DNA of 64,000 nucleotides from Octopus vulgaris (lineage: Eukaryota): NCBI GenBank assembly GCA_951406725.2, contig OX597816.1, positions 65,534,001 to 65,598,000 on the forward strand, in the 5' to 3' direction. Positions 23,901 to 35,388 of this stretch are shown one piece after another. The notes beneath the pieces are model-generated. The model made no database searches and had not been told where the DNA came from. It was given only the letters and a program-made list of their open reading frames with translations. Positions within the stretch are counted from its first letter, which is position 1, and every line of letters begins with the position of its first letter. A program made the position numbers and the translations under genes.

Positions 23901-26900
23901 GGAGCCTGGTGCAGCCATCTGGTTCGCCAGCCCGCAGTCAAATTGTCCAACCCATGCTAGCATGGAAAGCGAACGTTAAACGATGATGATGATGATGAAG
24001 ATTAAGAGGGAAAAATTGCTAACAGAATTCAAGAGTGAATGTCTGAATGTACAACACAGAGAGGCAGAAGGAAGTTTGTGTGGAAAGGTGAACAAAAGGA
24101 AACAATGGTGGTACATGGAAACATGGCAAGATGGTGAAAGAAATGAATGAAAAGTAAAAAGAGCAATAAATTGATAGACATGAAGATGGAAATATAAACA
24201 GCTAGACAGAAGAGATGACAATACAACTTTTCTCTTTTCTCTTTTACTTGTTTCAGTCATCTGATTGTGGCCATGCTGGAGCACCGCTTTTAGTCGAGCA
24301 AATCGACCCCGGGACTTATTCTCTGTAAGCCCAGGATTTATTCTAACGGTCTCTTTTGCTGAACCGCTAAGTAACAGGGACATAAACACACCAGCATCAG
24401 TTGTCAAGCGATGGTGGGAGTGGAACAAATACACACACACAAACATAAACATACACACATACACACACACACATACACACACACACATACATATATACGA
24501 TGGGCTTCTTTCAGTTTCCATCTACCAAATCCACTCACAAGGCTTTGGTTGGCCCGAGGCTAAAGTAGAAGACACTTGCCCGAGGTGCCACGCAGTGGGA
24601 CTGAACCTGGAACCATGTGGTTGGTAAGCAAGCTGCTTACCACACAGCCACTTCGGCACCTATCTTCAAATATTTTTTAAATAACCTGTGAACAAGAGAT
24701 TCAAAATTAATCAACTTGCAATCAATAAATGTAAAAGTTTTAAAAAAAAATAATTAAAAAAGTATTTACCACTTTCTTTGGTAGAATTTGTATAATCCAC
24801 TTCAGTAATTTTGTCATCATCAGAATCACGGATTTTAACAGCAAAATTTTGTTCCATGTCCATTGAGGTACTAGGTGCTTCGGGAGAATTATCATACAGC
24901 AGCATATTATTTGTTGTTAGATCTGGAGATGCAGATGTATCAGAGTCAAAATTTTGAGACATTACTGAATTTAATGCATCAGTCTGCCTCACTGAGAGCA
25001 GATCATCACATCTGGTAGCTAAATCACACTCAGAGAAGAATTCTAGGGAATTTTTATTCTTTGAAGCAGAAATATTTGATTTCTCTATATTGGTGGAAAT
25101 GGAGATTCTATCAAGCAAAGTAGCTCTGTCTTGGGAACCGTCTCTCTTATTTTGGCTTTCAGCATCACTACATTTATCTACTGCTTCATAGCTGTCTGTA
25201 TTTATACAGCGGTCACGCAGTGGATGAGTATTGCCATTATCTACTGCATCACTACTGCCTGCATTTATACAGAGGTCATGTGGTTTATAACTGTTGCAAT
25301 TATCTACTGCTTCACAGCTATCTGTATTTATACAGCGGTCACGCAGTGGATGAGTATTGCCATTATCTACTGCATTACTACTGCCTGCATTTATACAGAT
25401 GTCATGTGATTCATAACTGCTGCAATTATCTACTGCTTCCGTACAACCTTCATTCATACAGTTGTCATGCAGTTGATAAGTGTCATAGTTATCTACTGCT
25501 TGACGACTGCTTGTATTTATACAGTGGTCATGTAGTGGATGATTGTCAGGGTTACCTACTGTTTGACCATTGTCTACAGTCATGTAACTACCACGTACAG
25601 GATAATTTTCAATTTGATCTTCATCATTGAAATAGTGAACATTCTGTTGACATGGCTTCTCCTGATAACTACTTAGCCTTTTCTCCACCTGCTGTTGACT
25701 TCTGCGATTGCAAGTGTTATCATTTAACTGACCATTATCAACAACAATACCACAGTCTTCCTTTTGACCTTTATTTCTAGTAGTTGCAATATGACTATGC
25801 TGTGAAAGAGAAGAACAGCTTCTAATAACTGGACATTGATCAAATTTTTTCCTTTCACTCAAATGCAATGCAACATCGCAATTCTCTGAAGAAGATTTAA
25901 TCAATTCATTTTCTTTAATCAATGATTGCTCTTTATCAATGTTGCCATCATATTTAATAGTTTGCCTTTCAAAACTGCTTTCATTGCAATGAGTAATGTT
26001 TAAATTTTTTGAGGAAATAGAACCAGTCAAAGAATTTAAGTGTGACTGAACTTGTGATTTAGAATTAAGGTTTGTATGAAATGGTTCTAAAAACCCTGGA
26101 GTATCAGAAGTAGATGATTCTGGTTTTGGTGAAGGAATTGATTCTTCAGATGCATTATGATGTTTGGGACATTCAGAAAACTCTGTATTAGTCTCTAACA
26201 GATAGTGTTTGGACATATTTCTTTCATTTGAATCTAAATGATTAGAATTAAAAGTATCTGTAATATTTCTACTTTTCTCAGATTCATTAATGGTAACTTG
26301 CTTAATATATTTGTTTAAGTCTTCTGTTTTAGGATTGCCATTTCCTTGATTATTAGAAAGCTCACATTTTGATGAACTTTCACAATGTACTACAGTAGAT
26401 TTGGTACCGTCTTCCTCTTCATCATCATCACTCCCATAATTATTTGATAATAATACATTGAATGGAATATATTCCATAGTCTTATTTTCAAGTAGATTAC
26501 ATGGAGCTCTGAATCCATCCAATTTTTCTTCTCTAATATCATTTATTCTCCTTTGAGGCAAAATATTATAGCCTTTACATAATATCTCAGATGAGTTATT
26601 ATGTAAAGGTGAACAGTTAGAAGTATTCTCAAAGCTTACTTCTTCCACTTCCTCAGAAATACATGGCAAAAAATTTTCAGTCTTACTTGTCAAAATATCA
26701 AAGCACTTTGGAGTTTTATGTGGTTTTGTGCAGGAATGAGATGGATGTGCAAAATTAAAGGAATCTGCATTTTCCATCTTGGAGGATGATGTTCCATCAA
26801 CATACAGACTTTCAGTCAGAATTCTATCTCCAAGTTTACTTTCTAACGCATCTTGGAACATTGAAAATCTCTGAGTGTTTATATTGCTCAGTCCTTCAGG

Positions 26901-29900
26901 AAACAGCTTGCATGGTGAAAAACTCTCTGGATTTATTACATGTAAGCTTCTGGGATTATGCACAGTTTGGGATGATTCAGAATTATTTCTATGATAACTA
27001 GAAGCAGCATTCTTCAAACTGGATGGTTGTTCATATTGTACTTCAAAGAAATAATCAGTGCAAGTTGATGTTTTAGAATGCAGGTGAGAACTTAAACATA
27101 AACTAGAATTAGTTATATCTACAGTATCAAAATCTTGTGTTGTTGACAAACTAGCATCATCAGACTTACTTTCAGCATCAAAATTAAAAACAAAAGAATT
27201 TTCCATTCTGTCTTCGTATTTACTATCAGATCTATTACATTTGAAACAGTTGTGATTTGAAGGAATGTCATGTTCTTGAAAGCTATCAGTAATAGTTGAA
27301 ATAGGAGTTTCATGAATCTTTGAGAAACTAGGCAAATCAAAACCAATCTTTCTGGAACCATCAGATGAAGTGTGAGATTTATTTGCAGAGAGAATTTCTT
27401 CTTTAGAATAGGTATTTAGGTTAAAGTTTTGACATTGTAACCCATGAAAGTCTTTTGAAATCTGCAGATTAGATTTTGCATCATTTTTTTCATTCTTTCT
27501 GTAAGTTTGAAGGAAAGATGAAGAAGTAAGAAATCTATGCTCACCAAACTTACGACAACATTCATTTTGAATTAAAGCATCACCAGATATTTTATCATTT
27601 AACAGAACATCATCATGATTTTTCTTAAGTGAAGTATATTTTGTCTCAGACTCCCTCAGTAAGCTAATACCATCATCTTTCACATAAGGGAAATTTTCTG
27701 GCATAATCAAATGGTTATTCAATACTGGTATTTCTTTAGGTTTCTCAGGTAAGTCTATAGACTGCTTGTCTTTAATGGCTGATAAATTTTCTGCTTCTTC
27801 ATTTAAAACTCTGTCCTTTATATTTCCACTAACCTGCATTTTATCTCCAGATTTCTTTTTCAATAAATTAGCAAGCTTTGATGATATTGACTGATGAGTG
27901 TCAGCCACCACTTCATGTTTTGGTGCTGTAGAATCACCTGAAAAATGCTCATGACAAAATATTTCGTTCTCACTCATCTTATTTGATAAGGTTTTACTGC
28001 TTTCACGAGCGGGTCCAGTTTTTGACTCAAAACTTAAGGTTTTTGAAATATCTGAGGAATTCAGACTTTCACTAATTAGATCTGAAGATTTTTTTGTTCC
28101 AGCTAAAGAAAATTGTCGAGATGAACTGGAAGACCTAAACTGATCTAAGATAGATCGAGTGGAAGCTTTCATTTCAGAAGGAGCTCTAGTTGGGTAATTT
28201 TTTTTTATACGGAAAGCTGATGGAAGTGTCATCTTTGACCTGCTTGTTTTGCATTTAAGAATTCTTTCATTTACAATGGAATTAGCAACCATTTTTCTCT
28301 GGGCCAAAATGTTTCTCTTTGTGTCTTCAACACATTTGGATCTCTCACATGAAACTGAATCTTCTTCCACAGTGCTAGGGGTTTCAGTGAAAATGCTTAT
28401 AGATTCAGTTAACAATTTTGTGCAAGAACCAAATGATTTGCTGGAACCAACAGGTGATTTAATAACAGGTGTATCAATATTTTCTGTTAAAGACTCATCT
28501 ATACCTTCTGTTAAAGATTCATTCTCATTGGAATCTGCAGAATTATACTGTACCTGGCTTTCAGTTGAAACATCCAGACAATTATCAATATCTTCTTTGT
28601 CATAGTTCTTCTTAGAAAACTTCGAAGGGATATCACTATCATCAATATTAAGATCGTTATCCTGTTCATCCAATTTAGTTTTAAAGAGATTACGTTTAAT
28701 CGGTAGGGACTTGAGAGCCCGAGATTTCACATTATCATACAGTTGGTCTTCAATATTATCATCAATCTCTTTATCTGGATCTCTGATCATAGAGTCTAAA
28801 GGAGATTGGCTACCATTTAATTGAAACTTAGATTCTTTCTTTAATTCCAAAGCTAGAGAGTCAACAGTCATAAGATTTTCTTTTCTTAAAAAATTCCAGC
28901 ACATTTCCTCCACAGCTTGCAACAGATTTTCCATTTCAATAAATTCAACCATGGTCTTGCGTGGGTCAAAAGTTATATCGTACACATTAAGAGGACACTT
29001 AATGTTCAACAAAAAAATTGGATATTTTTTAGAAAGTTTAGAAGGGCTTACCTTTTCACTATTCTCCAAAGTTAGCTTTTGTTTAATAATCAAAGACTTT
29101 TTAAGAATATTATTTATTACTTTATGTATCTTTGTATTTAGCACAAGGCGTTTGTTGATGTATATAAACTGGATATCTTTCCTATAATGGTTGTCTCGTC
29201 CTATATAGCCACTAAGTGAAAAATAGCCAGAACTGTGCGAAACTTCACAGAGACTTTCTGATTTGGTGTGACCAAAAAGGTAAGAGAATGTATTTAACAA
29301 ACTACTAGTTTTGTGTGTTTGTAGCATAACAGAACCAGTGACATCATTACGAAGAGTTATTGATAATTTTGGCTGCAACAATGCCAAGGCTTCAACACGA
29401 TGACAAATATTTTCAAGCTCTAAACTCAACCTAATTGATTTTTGCCTTACAGGAAGGTTGTAGAACAAATTATGCAGTGTAAGAGTGGTTCCTGGACTAG
29501 GGCGAGGATTCTTTGATTCTATGGTAGGTAAAGGCTTCCCATGTTGGAAAATCTTACTATAGGTTTGAGCTGAGAGCTGCGTTCGAGTGTTAATCTCTAG
29601 TAATGAAGAAATGTTACAGAGACTGGCCAAAGCCTCTCCTCTGTATCCAAAATAATTCAGAGAATCCAAATCTTCAATACCTTGACATTTACTTGTTGAA
29701 TACCTACAAAAGAAAAAAAAAATGATTAATTATGAAATTGAGTCAACATCATAGCATGTAAAGGAGCTGATAAATTCTTAAAGCACAACAACATGAAAAT
29801 TATTTTTCATAGTTGCATTTAGATCAGTTTGATCTCCTGTCATCTGATCACAGTGCAAGCCAATGACCTAGAAGATAAGAGCCAGTGAGAATCAAGAAAG

Positions 29901-31849
29901 AATAATACACTTGGTAAGGGTCCTACCAATTACTTTTCAGGACAATATCTAGTGCTAACGAGCTGGCAGAAACGTTCGCATGCCGGGCAAAATGCTTAGC
30001 GGTATTTCGTCAAGGTTGACTTTGCCTTTCATCCTTTTGGGGGTCGATTAAATAAGTACCAGTTATGCACTGCGGTCGATGTAATCGACTTAATCTGTTT
30101 GTCTTTCATTGTTTGTCCTCTCTGTGTTTAGCCACTTGTGGGTAGTAAAGAAATAGTTATTTCCTCTGCCGTTACGTTCTGAGTTCAAATTCCGCCGCGG
30201 TCGACTTTGCCTTTCATCCTTTCAGGGTCCATTAAATAAGTATCAGTTACGCACTGGGGTCAATATAATCGACTTAATTCATTTGTCTCCTCTGTGTCTA
30301 GCCCCTTGTGGGCAGTAAACAAATAAGTATCTAGTGCTGGCTTGCACCTAGCACACAACTTCCACTTATGGCACTGCAAACTGTTTGATGCAGCAGTGTA
30401 ATACCTCCAGAACAACAGTATTTACTGGCCAGTTAAAACAGCTTATTTGCAGGTCAGTTAAAGTAGCCAACAAGTCAAATTTTCAATGAAATTCTTAAAG
30501 GATTCCTATGCATGTGAGGACTGGATTTCTGACAAATTATACAAAAAAATTTAATCATCAGTCAAAATTCAACAACCTCAGAGCATGGTGAGACACATTG
30601 ATTGCTATAGTCCTCTCGCTGCACCCTTAATGTGCTCTGTCACTGATCCATGAAAAGAGAATGAGGCTAATCATCAATGAAGCATTTCATTAAAACCCAA
30701 GTCGAATGTAAGTGAAGACACAAACTTTTTTTAAAAACTGCAAAGGAACAGCAAACCGTTTGTTGTCATGATAAGGTTGTTATATACATCTGCAACAATA
30801 AAACACTACCTCTTCCATAGCTTCTTCAGTCATGAGGGCACATGAAAGGTGTAATATAATCAGGAGTAATTATAATTCTATAATTGCCAGCACAACTGCA
30901 TCATTTAAAAATGGTACTCTTTAATAAGTACCATTGGTGTCTAAGAGATGGAGTCTGGTCATTTTCCAAAAACAAAATAGACAAACAAGGAAGAACATAA
31001 CTGTCCTCAATTTAGTACTATTATTGTCATTTAATGGCCACGTTTCCATGGAATTTGTTAAGACAGATTTTCTATGGTCAGATGCCCTTCCTGACACCAA
31101 ACCTTACCTGTTTCCAAGCAAGGTAATATTTGCCCACATCTATTAACGTTTTTCATAGAAGACTGGAAACAAAGAACCTGACTTGTATGAGGATACTGCT
31201 CATATACAACCATCATGTGATGACTAGACAAAGGTACACACAAACGAAAGACTTCAGCTTCCATCTACAAAATCTACTCATAAGGCTTTGGTCAGCCTAG
31301 GACTACAGTAGAAGATATATGCCCAAGATGCAGTGCAGTGGGACTGAACACAAGGCCACATGGTTGTGAAGCAGGCTTCTTAACCACATAGCCACACTTG
31401 TGCTTTAACAGCAATGCCTGCACCTGCACAGTCAAACCTGGTACTATGGTACTAATCCAAATCTGGTACTATGTACACATCTAAAAATAAGTCACCTAAT
31501 TACAATTGGAGATGAAACACGTCAAAATGTGGATTAGATGTCAATATTAAAAAATGATGAAGTTAACAGTCTGAAAAATTACAATCTTATTAACAGTGCC
31601 TCATCCCAGACATTTAAACATTTAATAATCTTACCTTTGTCCAACTTTATCAAGCTCTTCAACAGCAATCCCACTTCCATTGTCCACAACCTGGATGCGA
31701 AAACAGGATAAGTCTACCCGAACAGCAATACACTTAGCACCAGCATCAACAGCATTGAGGAGTAATTCTTCAACACACTGAGTGACACTTGTTATTGCTA
31801 CACCAGACCGAATGTAGGATTGAACACTGGCTGGTAGCTGCTTGATCAT
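5509..31849 (-). CDS. MLH3: DNA mismatch repair / meiotic crossover protein MLH3, 12 coding exons, about 2021 aa
   Basis: GHKL ATPase motifs (ELLLNAVDAG, VVDNGSGI, FGYRGEALAS), a long low-complexity linker, then the C-terminal motifs GQVDKKFI, DQHAAHERVRLE, SQACHTAIKFG and CAHGRPS. All 11 introns are GT-AG and the phases join. Exon lengths 215+4934+59+99+67+72+141+128+24+79+158+90 = 6066 nt. Confidence 0.96.
6746..6903 (-). CDS. MLH3: MLH3 coding exon 11 (TAIKFG...LPFQCAHGRPSMIPL...EKS)
   Basis: ttttcag acceptor and GTAAGT donor; AIKFG and CAHGRP metal-binding motifs. Confidence 0.94.
7137..7518 (+). mobile_element. tRNA-derived SINE (family B) with target-site duplication
   Basis: Head GGCCCAGTGGTTAGGGCA...GGTTTCGATTCCC; TSD AATCTCAAG on both sides; nested in a family E fragment. 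Confidence 0.8.
9348..9607 (-). mobile_element. tRNA-derived SINE (family D) with 13-bp TSD
   Basis: A/B-box head on the minus strand; TSD ATTTCATTACAAT at 9335-9347 and 9608-9620; relatives at 32160-32280 (-) and 47615-47910 (+). Confidence 0.8.
9697..9775 (-). CDS. MLH3: MLH3 coding exon 10 (LLQDTHGSRGSLPKTIHNVLCSQACH)
   Basis: tctcttcag acceptor and GTAAGT donor; LPxTxxxVLxSQACH motif. Confidence 0.92.
9840..10852 (+). mobile_element. Two family A SINE copies (9840-10202 and 10468-10852)
   Basis: Same head, body and TAAAAGAG tail as 1115-1572. Confidence 0.8.
10985..11430 (+). mobile_element. CR1-clade LINE 3' fragment
   Basis: RKHFFTLRVAEAWNKLPASVVSCRSTASFK is a typical CR1 ORF2 C-terminus; followed by a 3' UTR and an (ATT)n tail. 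Confidence 0.8.
14331..14354 (-). CDS. MLH3: MLH3 coding exon 9, 24-nt microexon (TLIKEQIE)
   Basis: tccttttcatttttag acceptor and GTAAGT donor, phase 0-0; fills the gap equivalent to vertebrate EFIREQLE. Confidence 0.85.
15805..16868 (-). mobile_element. Decayed RTE/RTEX-like LINE 3' part with a PHD-like Cys/His finger
   Basis: Broken frame reading KTKVL...SIRCTQCKLWIHKRCS...VCGRC...VDSFCYLGD...SEIWAV, followed downstream by the family E 3' UTR. Confidence 0.75.
17230..17357 (-). CDS. MLH3: MLH3 coding exon 8 (GIELTM...VHTAPSCIVAREASERK...EELLQ)
   Basis: ccctag acceptor and GTGAGG donor; PxCxxxREAxE block typical of MLH3. Confidence 0.88.
18075..18215 (-). CDS. MLH3: MLH3 coding exon 7 (EMYQTED...IVPPLVLSF...FLKIG)
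   Basis: ttttcag acceptor and GTATGT donor, 141 nt, phase 1-1. Confidence 0.88.
18520..18921 (+). mobile_element. Family A SINE, full length
   Basis: Complete head through TAAAAGAG tail. Confidence 0.82.
19324..19395 (-). CDS. MLH3: MLH3 coding exon 6, endonuclease motif (PDHLIIVDQHAAHERVRLEQLTE)
   Basis: tcttcag acceptor and GTAAGG donor, 72 nt, phase 1-1; DQHA(X)2E(X)4E motif. Confidence 0.94.
19798..19864 (-). CDS. MLH3: MLH3 coding exon 5 (AVGQVDKKFIACIVRSGTCPTT)
   Basis: ttacag acceptor, GTGAGT donor, conserved GQVDxKFI motif. Confidence 0.92.
20155..20253 (-). CDS. MLH3: MLH3 coding exon 4 (EILKTW...QCQFTKTMLSQLE)
   Basis: ttttcag acceptor and GT donor, 99 nt, phase 0-0; FTKxM motif just before the QVDxKFI block. 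Confidence 0.87.
22263..22321 (-). CDS. MLH3: MLH3 coding exon 3 (DPIIELWNIWKNTVFRQAEK)
   Basis: tttgtttag acceptor and GTATT donor; phase fits; WxNxVF resembles the vertebrate MLH3 WDNPVF motif. Confidence 0.85.
22545..22929 (-). mobile_element. Family A SINE
   Basis: Reverse complement of the family A sequence. Confidence 0.82.
24232..24662 (-). mobile_element. Family A SINE
   Basis: Reverse complement of the family A sequence, about 110 nt from the exon 2 donor. Confidence 0.82.
24770..29703 (-). CDS. MLH3: MLH3 coding exon 2, 4934 nt (rest of ATPase and transducer domains plus linker)
   Basis: Acceptor tttgtag|G gives R-YSTSKCQGIEDLDSLNYFGYRGEALAS; the frame stays open; donor G|GTAAAT at 24770 (phase 1). 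Confidence 0.92.
25170..25580 (-). repeat. Coding minisatellite, 63-bp (21-aa) unit, about 6-7 copies, inside MLH3 exon 2
   Basis: AVDN-x6-(H/R)DxC(I/M)N-x5 recurs every 21 aa; the last four units form a 126-bp dimer. Confidence 0.92.
31635..31849 (-). CDS. MLH3: MLH3 coding exon 1 (MIKQLPASVQSYIRSG...DKVGQR)
   Basis: MutL N-terminus. ATG at 31849; donor GTAAG after 31635 (phase 2); upstream acceptor ttttcag puts the exon start at 31862. Confidence 0.93.
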
Positions 31850-33146
31850 GATGGTAGATCATCTGAAAAGGGAGTGGAGTCTGTTTTAATATGCATCAAT
31901 TTTAGGTACATACTGAGAAATAGTATTCAAGTACTGGGAAAACTAACCTGGATTTTATTTATACATGAGATTACACTAAATAACTCTCTATTTTATGCAT
32001 GTGTGTGTGTGTGAAGGACATCCAGCCGTAGAAACTATACCAGTTCCTGTCAAACCATCCTACCCATGCCAGGAAATGGATATTAAATGATGATGATGAT
32101 GACATATATATATTGCTGATTGCTGAGGCCGATACAGCTTCGCACCTGTGACGTTGCAACTCATTTCAACAGCTGAGTGAACTGGAGCAACGTGAAATAA
32201 AGTGTCTTGCTCAAGAACACAATACGCAGCCTGGTCCGGTATTCGAACTCACAACCTCACAATCGTAAGCTCGACACTATATTGATGTGTATGAGTCTGT
32301 TTTCTGGAGAAGTGATGCGGCAAATACACCTTATTTTGGCTTACTCATTTTGCCCCAAACAAATTTGTCTTTCATATGCTCAGAGAACAGCAATAATTTT
32401 CTGAGATAGTGATCAGTTTATGTTATAATGCTCTTAATGCATTTAGGGAAGGCCATTTGCTAAGCTAATATAGTTTTTATAAAACAGTGAACATTTGTAA
32501 AAAAAAAAAAAAATTGTCTCAAAGTCAAAAATGCAGCAAAAATACCTTATTTTGCCCCACCCTAATTAAACCTGTTTAGGGCTATAACACAAACACAGAG
32601 CGAGCGTGTGTGTGTACGCATGCATTATAAACATGCATATATTCTTTTACTGGTTTTAGTCCTTTTATTGTGACCACACTGGGACATTACATTCTGAGGT
32701 ATAGCCGTACTAATCGAACTACACCAGTACTTATCGACAATATTTATATCTAACTCTAAATAGAATTTGTGCGCTCTGAGCGTTGAGAGAAGTAGCTAAA
32801 ACAAAGTTCCCCAGCCTTCAATGTTTTACCGATTCTGATAAAGATTTCAGGCATTATTAAGTGCTAAAGAAAATTTTTATTTCAATAACATATCAGACAG
32901 AGTCTTTGTAAAGCTCACAAGAAATTTTAACATCCAAGGCAAAAAAAAACAAGAGTCAAAACAGAAGTGAACCTCCCGAAGATGCACGAAGCGAACAGCT
33001 TCTGCTAGCAGGTTTCTTTGTAAACAAACACTTGTCTAATGAAAACTAGATGTTATCAAAGCAATGGGCGTAGAAATGATTTCATAATTTAATATAAAGA
33101 CACTTAATAGCGGAGAAGAGTTGAGTGCGTGCATTTGAGTACTTAC

Positions 33147-33275
33147 TGGTTGTTATTTCCATTTTAATTAATCAAAAATTTGTCATTAAGAAGCCAAAGC
33201 TGATTCCACGTGTAGCCATGTTATGTTTCTTTGCGCAAGTGCTACTGACAACTTCCGGTGAAACATATCCCGGAC
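33147..33275 (-). promoter_or_regulatory. Probable MLH3 promoter and non-coding first exon
   Basis: Minus-strand donor GTAAGT at 33146-33141. Clustered motifs: ETS ACCGGAAGT (33251-33259), YY1-like AACATGGC (33215-33222), E-box CACGTG (33207-33212), TTGCGCAA (33231-33238). Coding exon 1 has an acceptor that needs an upstream exon. Confidence 0.55.
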
Positions 33276-33484
33276 ACAAATAATTCCCAATTTTGGTCGT
33301 AATAATAAGATATATCATAGGATGAAAATAAAATTAAATTTAGACATAGATCGACTGTATAATATTTTTTTTCGCCACGTCTGACGCCAACCAATAAGTC
33401 TCTACTTTTATTCTATCATTTAAAATTATGCGTGATACATGGAGTTTTATATCAGCTGGCATTACGTGAAGTGCAGACGCTGCT

Positions 33485-33848
33485 TTGTTTGTTGAGCGAA
33501 GCGGTCTTCGTCCCATGCAGTGGGAGAAGTGCGAAATGTGGTCCTTTGCTATTCGTAAGTCCCCGAAGAAGAAAAAGCAGGTCAACCCCCGACACCGAGA
33601 GCATCGACGGATGGATGAATGTGCATCCAGGCTCAGCGGTTGCGTAGGAAGTTGGGGAACAGGAAGAAAGAATGAGAGAAAGTTGGAGCGAAAGAATACC
33701 TACAGAGGTCGCCACCCCCTGCCAGAGGCTCGTGGAGCTTTAGGTGTTTTCGCTCAATAAACACACACAACGCCCGGTCTGGGAATCGAAACCGCGATCC
33801 TCCGACCGCGAGTTCGCTGCCCTAACTACTGGGCCATTGCGCCTCCCC
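33485..33848 (-). mobile_element. Family B SINE upstream of the MLH3 promoter
   Basis: Reverse-complement homolog of 7137-7518; TSD TG(C/T)AGACGCTGCT. Confidence 0.8.
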
Positions 33849-34427
33849 TGTAGACGCTGCTCAAAAATTTCTTACGACTTTTTTTGTTTTTTAAATTTTG
33901 CCTCCTGTTATTTACACGGTTTCGTTCTTGTTGTTGCTTTGCTTTTCTTTCTTTCTTTATTCATTATTTCGTTTAATTTAATAAATCAAATGGAAAGTAC
34001 TCTTTTGTATCTTTTTTATTTTTTTTTTATCAAATAGATATTTTTTTTTAATATTTTCATTTGCATTTTTATTTAATGACAAGACTTTCGCCCGTCCCCA
34101 CCAAAAAAAGAAACACCCTTAATTTTTTTTTTTCGACACAAGCCCCACTTTTTGGCTACGGGGAATACGAACCTGCAAAAAAAATTGGCAAAAATCGACA
34201 TTTCTAAATTACCACCCACCCCCCACTCCCATTTCCTTCATTTTTTAACTTTTTTCAGAATTCTTTTTTCTTTTAAATATGCGGAAAAATACGGAGATTA
34301 TGATTCTGAAAAAAATTCCAAAAATCTTTGTAAAATTTTTTTTTAAGATTTTTTTTTTTTTAAATATGCGGAAAAAATACGGACGTCATGATTCTGGCAA
34401 CAATTTCAAAACATTTCTGTACTTACG

Positions 34428-34527
34428 GTTAGGGTTTTAGGGTTAGGGTTAGGGTTTTAGGGTTAGAGTTAGGGTTTTAGGGTCAGGGTTAGGGTTTTAG
34501 GGTTGGGGTTTTAGGGTTAGTGTTGGG
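34428..34527 (+). repeat. Interstitial telomere-like TTAGGG/TTTTAGGG tract
   Basis: Mixed TTAGGG and TTTTAGGG units; similar tracts at 36760-36795, 49505-49626 and 51448-51470. Confidence 0.85.
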
Positions 34528-34544
34528 GAAATAAGTCAAAATTG

Positions 34545-35388
34545 AAGAAGTTGAGGGCAAGGGCTTTGAAATAAAACCAAGAAGAAGTTCCAGACACCCA
34601 GCTGAATACTTGACAGACACTGACTTTGCTGATGACATCGCTCTTATCAGTGATTCTCTCTCCAATGCCCAGTCTCTTTTACAATCTCTCGAACAAGCCT
34701 CAAATTGTGTAGGTCTTTACCTCAATGAGGCCAAGACTGAATATATAAACAAGTGCTTGTCCAACAGTGATTGCATCATCCATACTCTCAACAATGCGCC
34801 CTTAAATATGGTTTCTGATTACAAATATCTTGGGTCATACATATCATCATCTGGAAAAGACTTTCTAACTAGAAAGGGTATGGCCTGGTCAGCCTGTAAT
34901 GACGTGCATAAGATCTGGTCATCAAATCTAAGTAGAGACTTCAAACTTGAAATCTTCAAAGCCACAGTCGAACCAATTCGACTATATGGCTCAGAAACCT
35001 GGACGTTATCAAAGAAGCTTGAGAGGCGGTTGGATGGAACCTACACTCGCCTCCTTATGAGAGCTCAAAATCTTTCGTGGAGGCGCCATCCAACCAAAAT
35101 GCAAATATATGGGAAACTACCACCTGTGTCATCTCTTGTGAAAGGTAGGAGAGTCCAGTTTGCTGGACATTGTTGTAGACCTGAAAAAGAGGTAATTTCT
35201 ACTCTTCTCCTCTTGAAGCCATCTACTCGCAATACCAGAGGGCGCACACTCTCCTAACCTGATGTAATCTCCAGGGATACAGGCATCCAGCAACAGGACC
35301 TCCGTAATGTCATGATGGACCGTGAAGTCTGGCGTAGCATGGTAAATTCCATTGTCTCGACCACGGTCGAACAATGATGATGATGATG
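34545..35388 (+). mobile_element. 5'-truncated RTE-clade LINE (RT C-terminal half)
   Basis: ORF with DFADDIALI, YKYLGS, LYGSETWTL and FAGHC; premature stop at 35257; (GAT)n tail. Confidence 0.88.

Noticed and set aside
25131-25630. Plus-strand repetitive Cys/His/Tyr-rich ORFs
   Set aside because: They are antisense shadows of the 63-bp coding repeat in MLH3.
24711-29669. 1652-aa ORF as a stand-alone gene
   Set aside because: It is MLH3 exon 2; the true limits are the splice sites at 29703 and 24770, and the last ORF residues are intronic.
34428-34527. True telomere or chromosome fusion site
   Set aside because: The tract is short and degenerate, in a single orientation, and recurs inside repeats elsewhere in the window.
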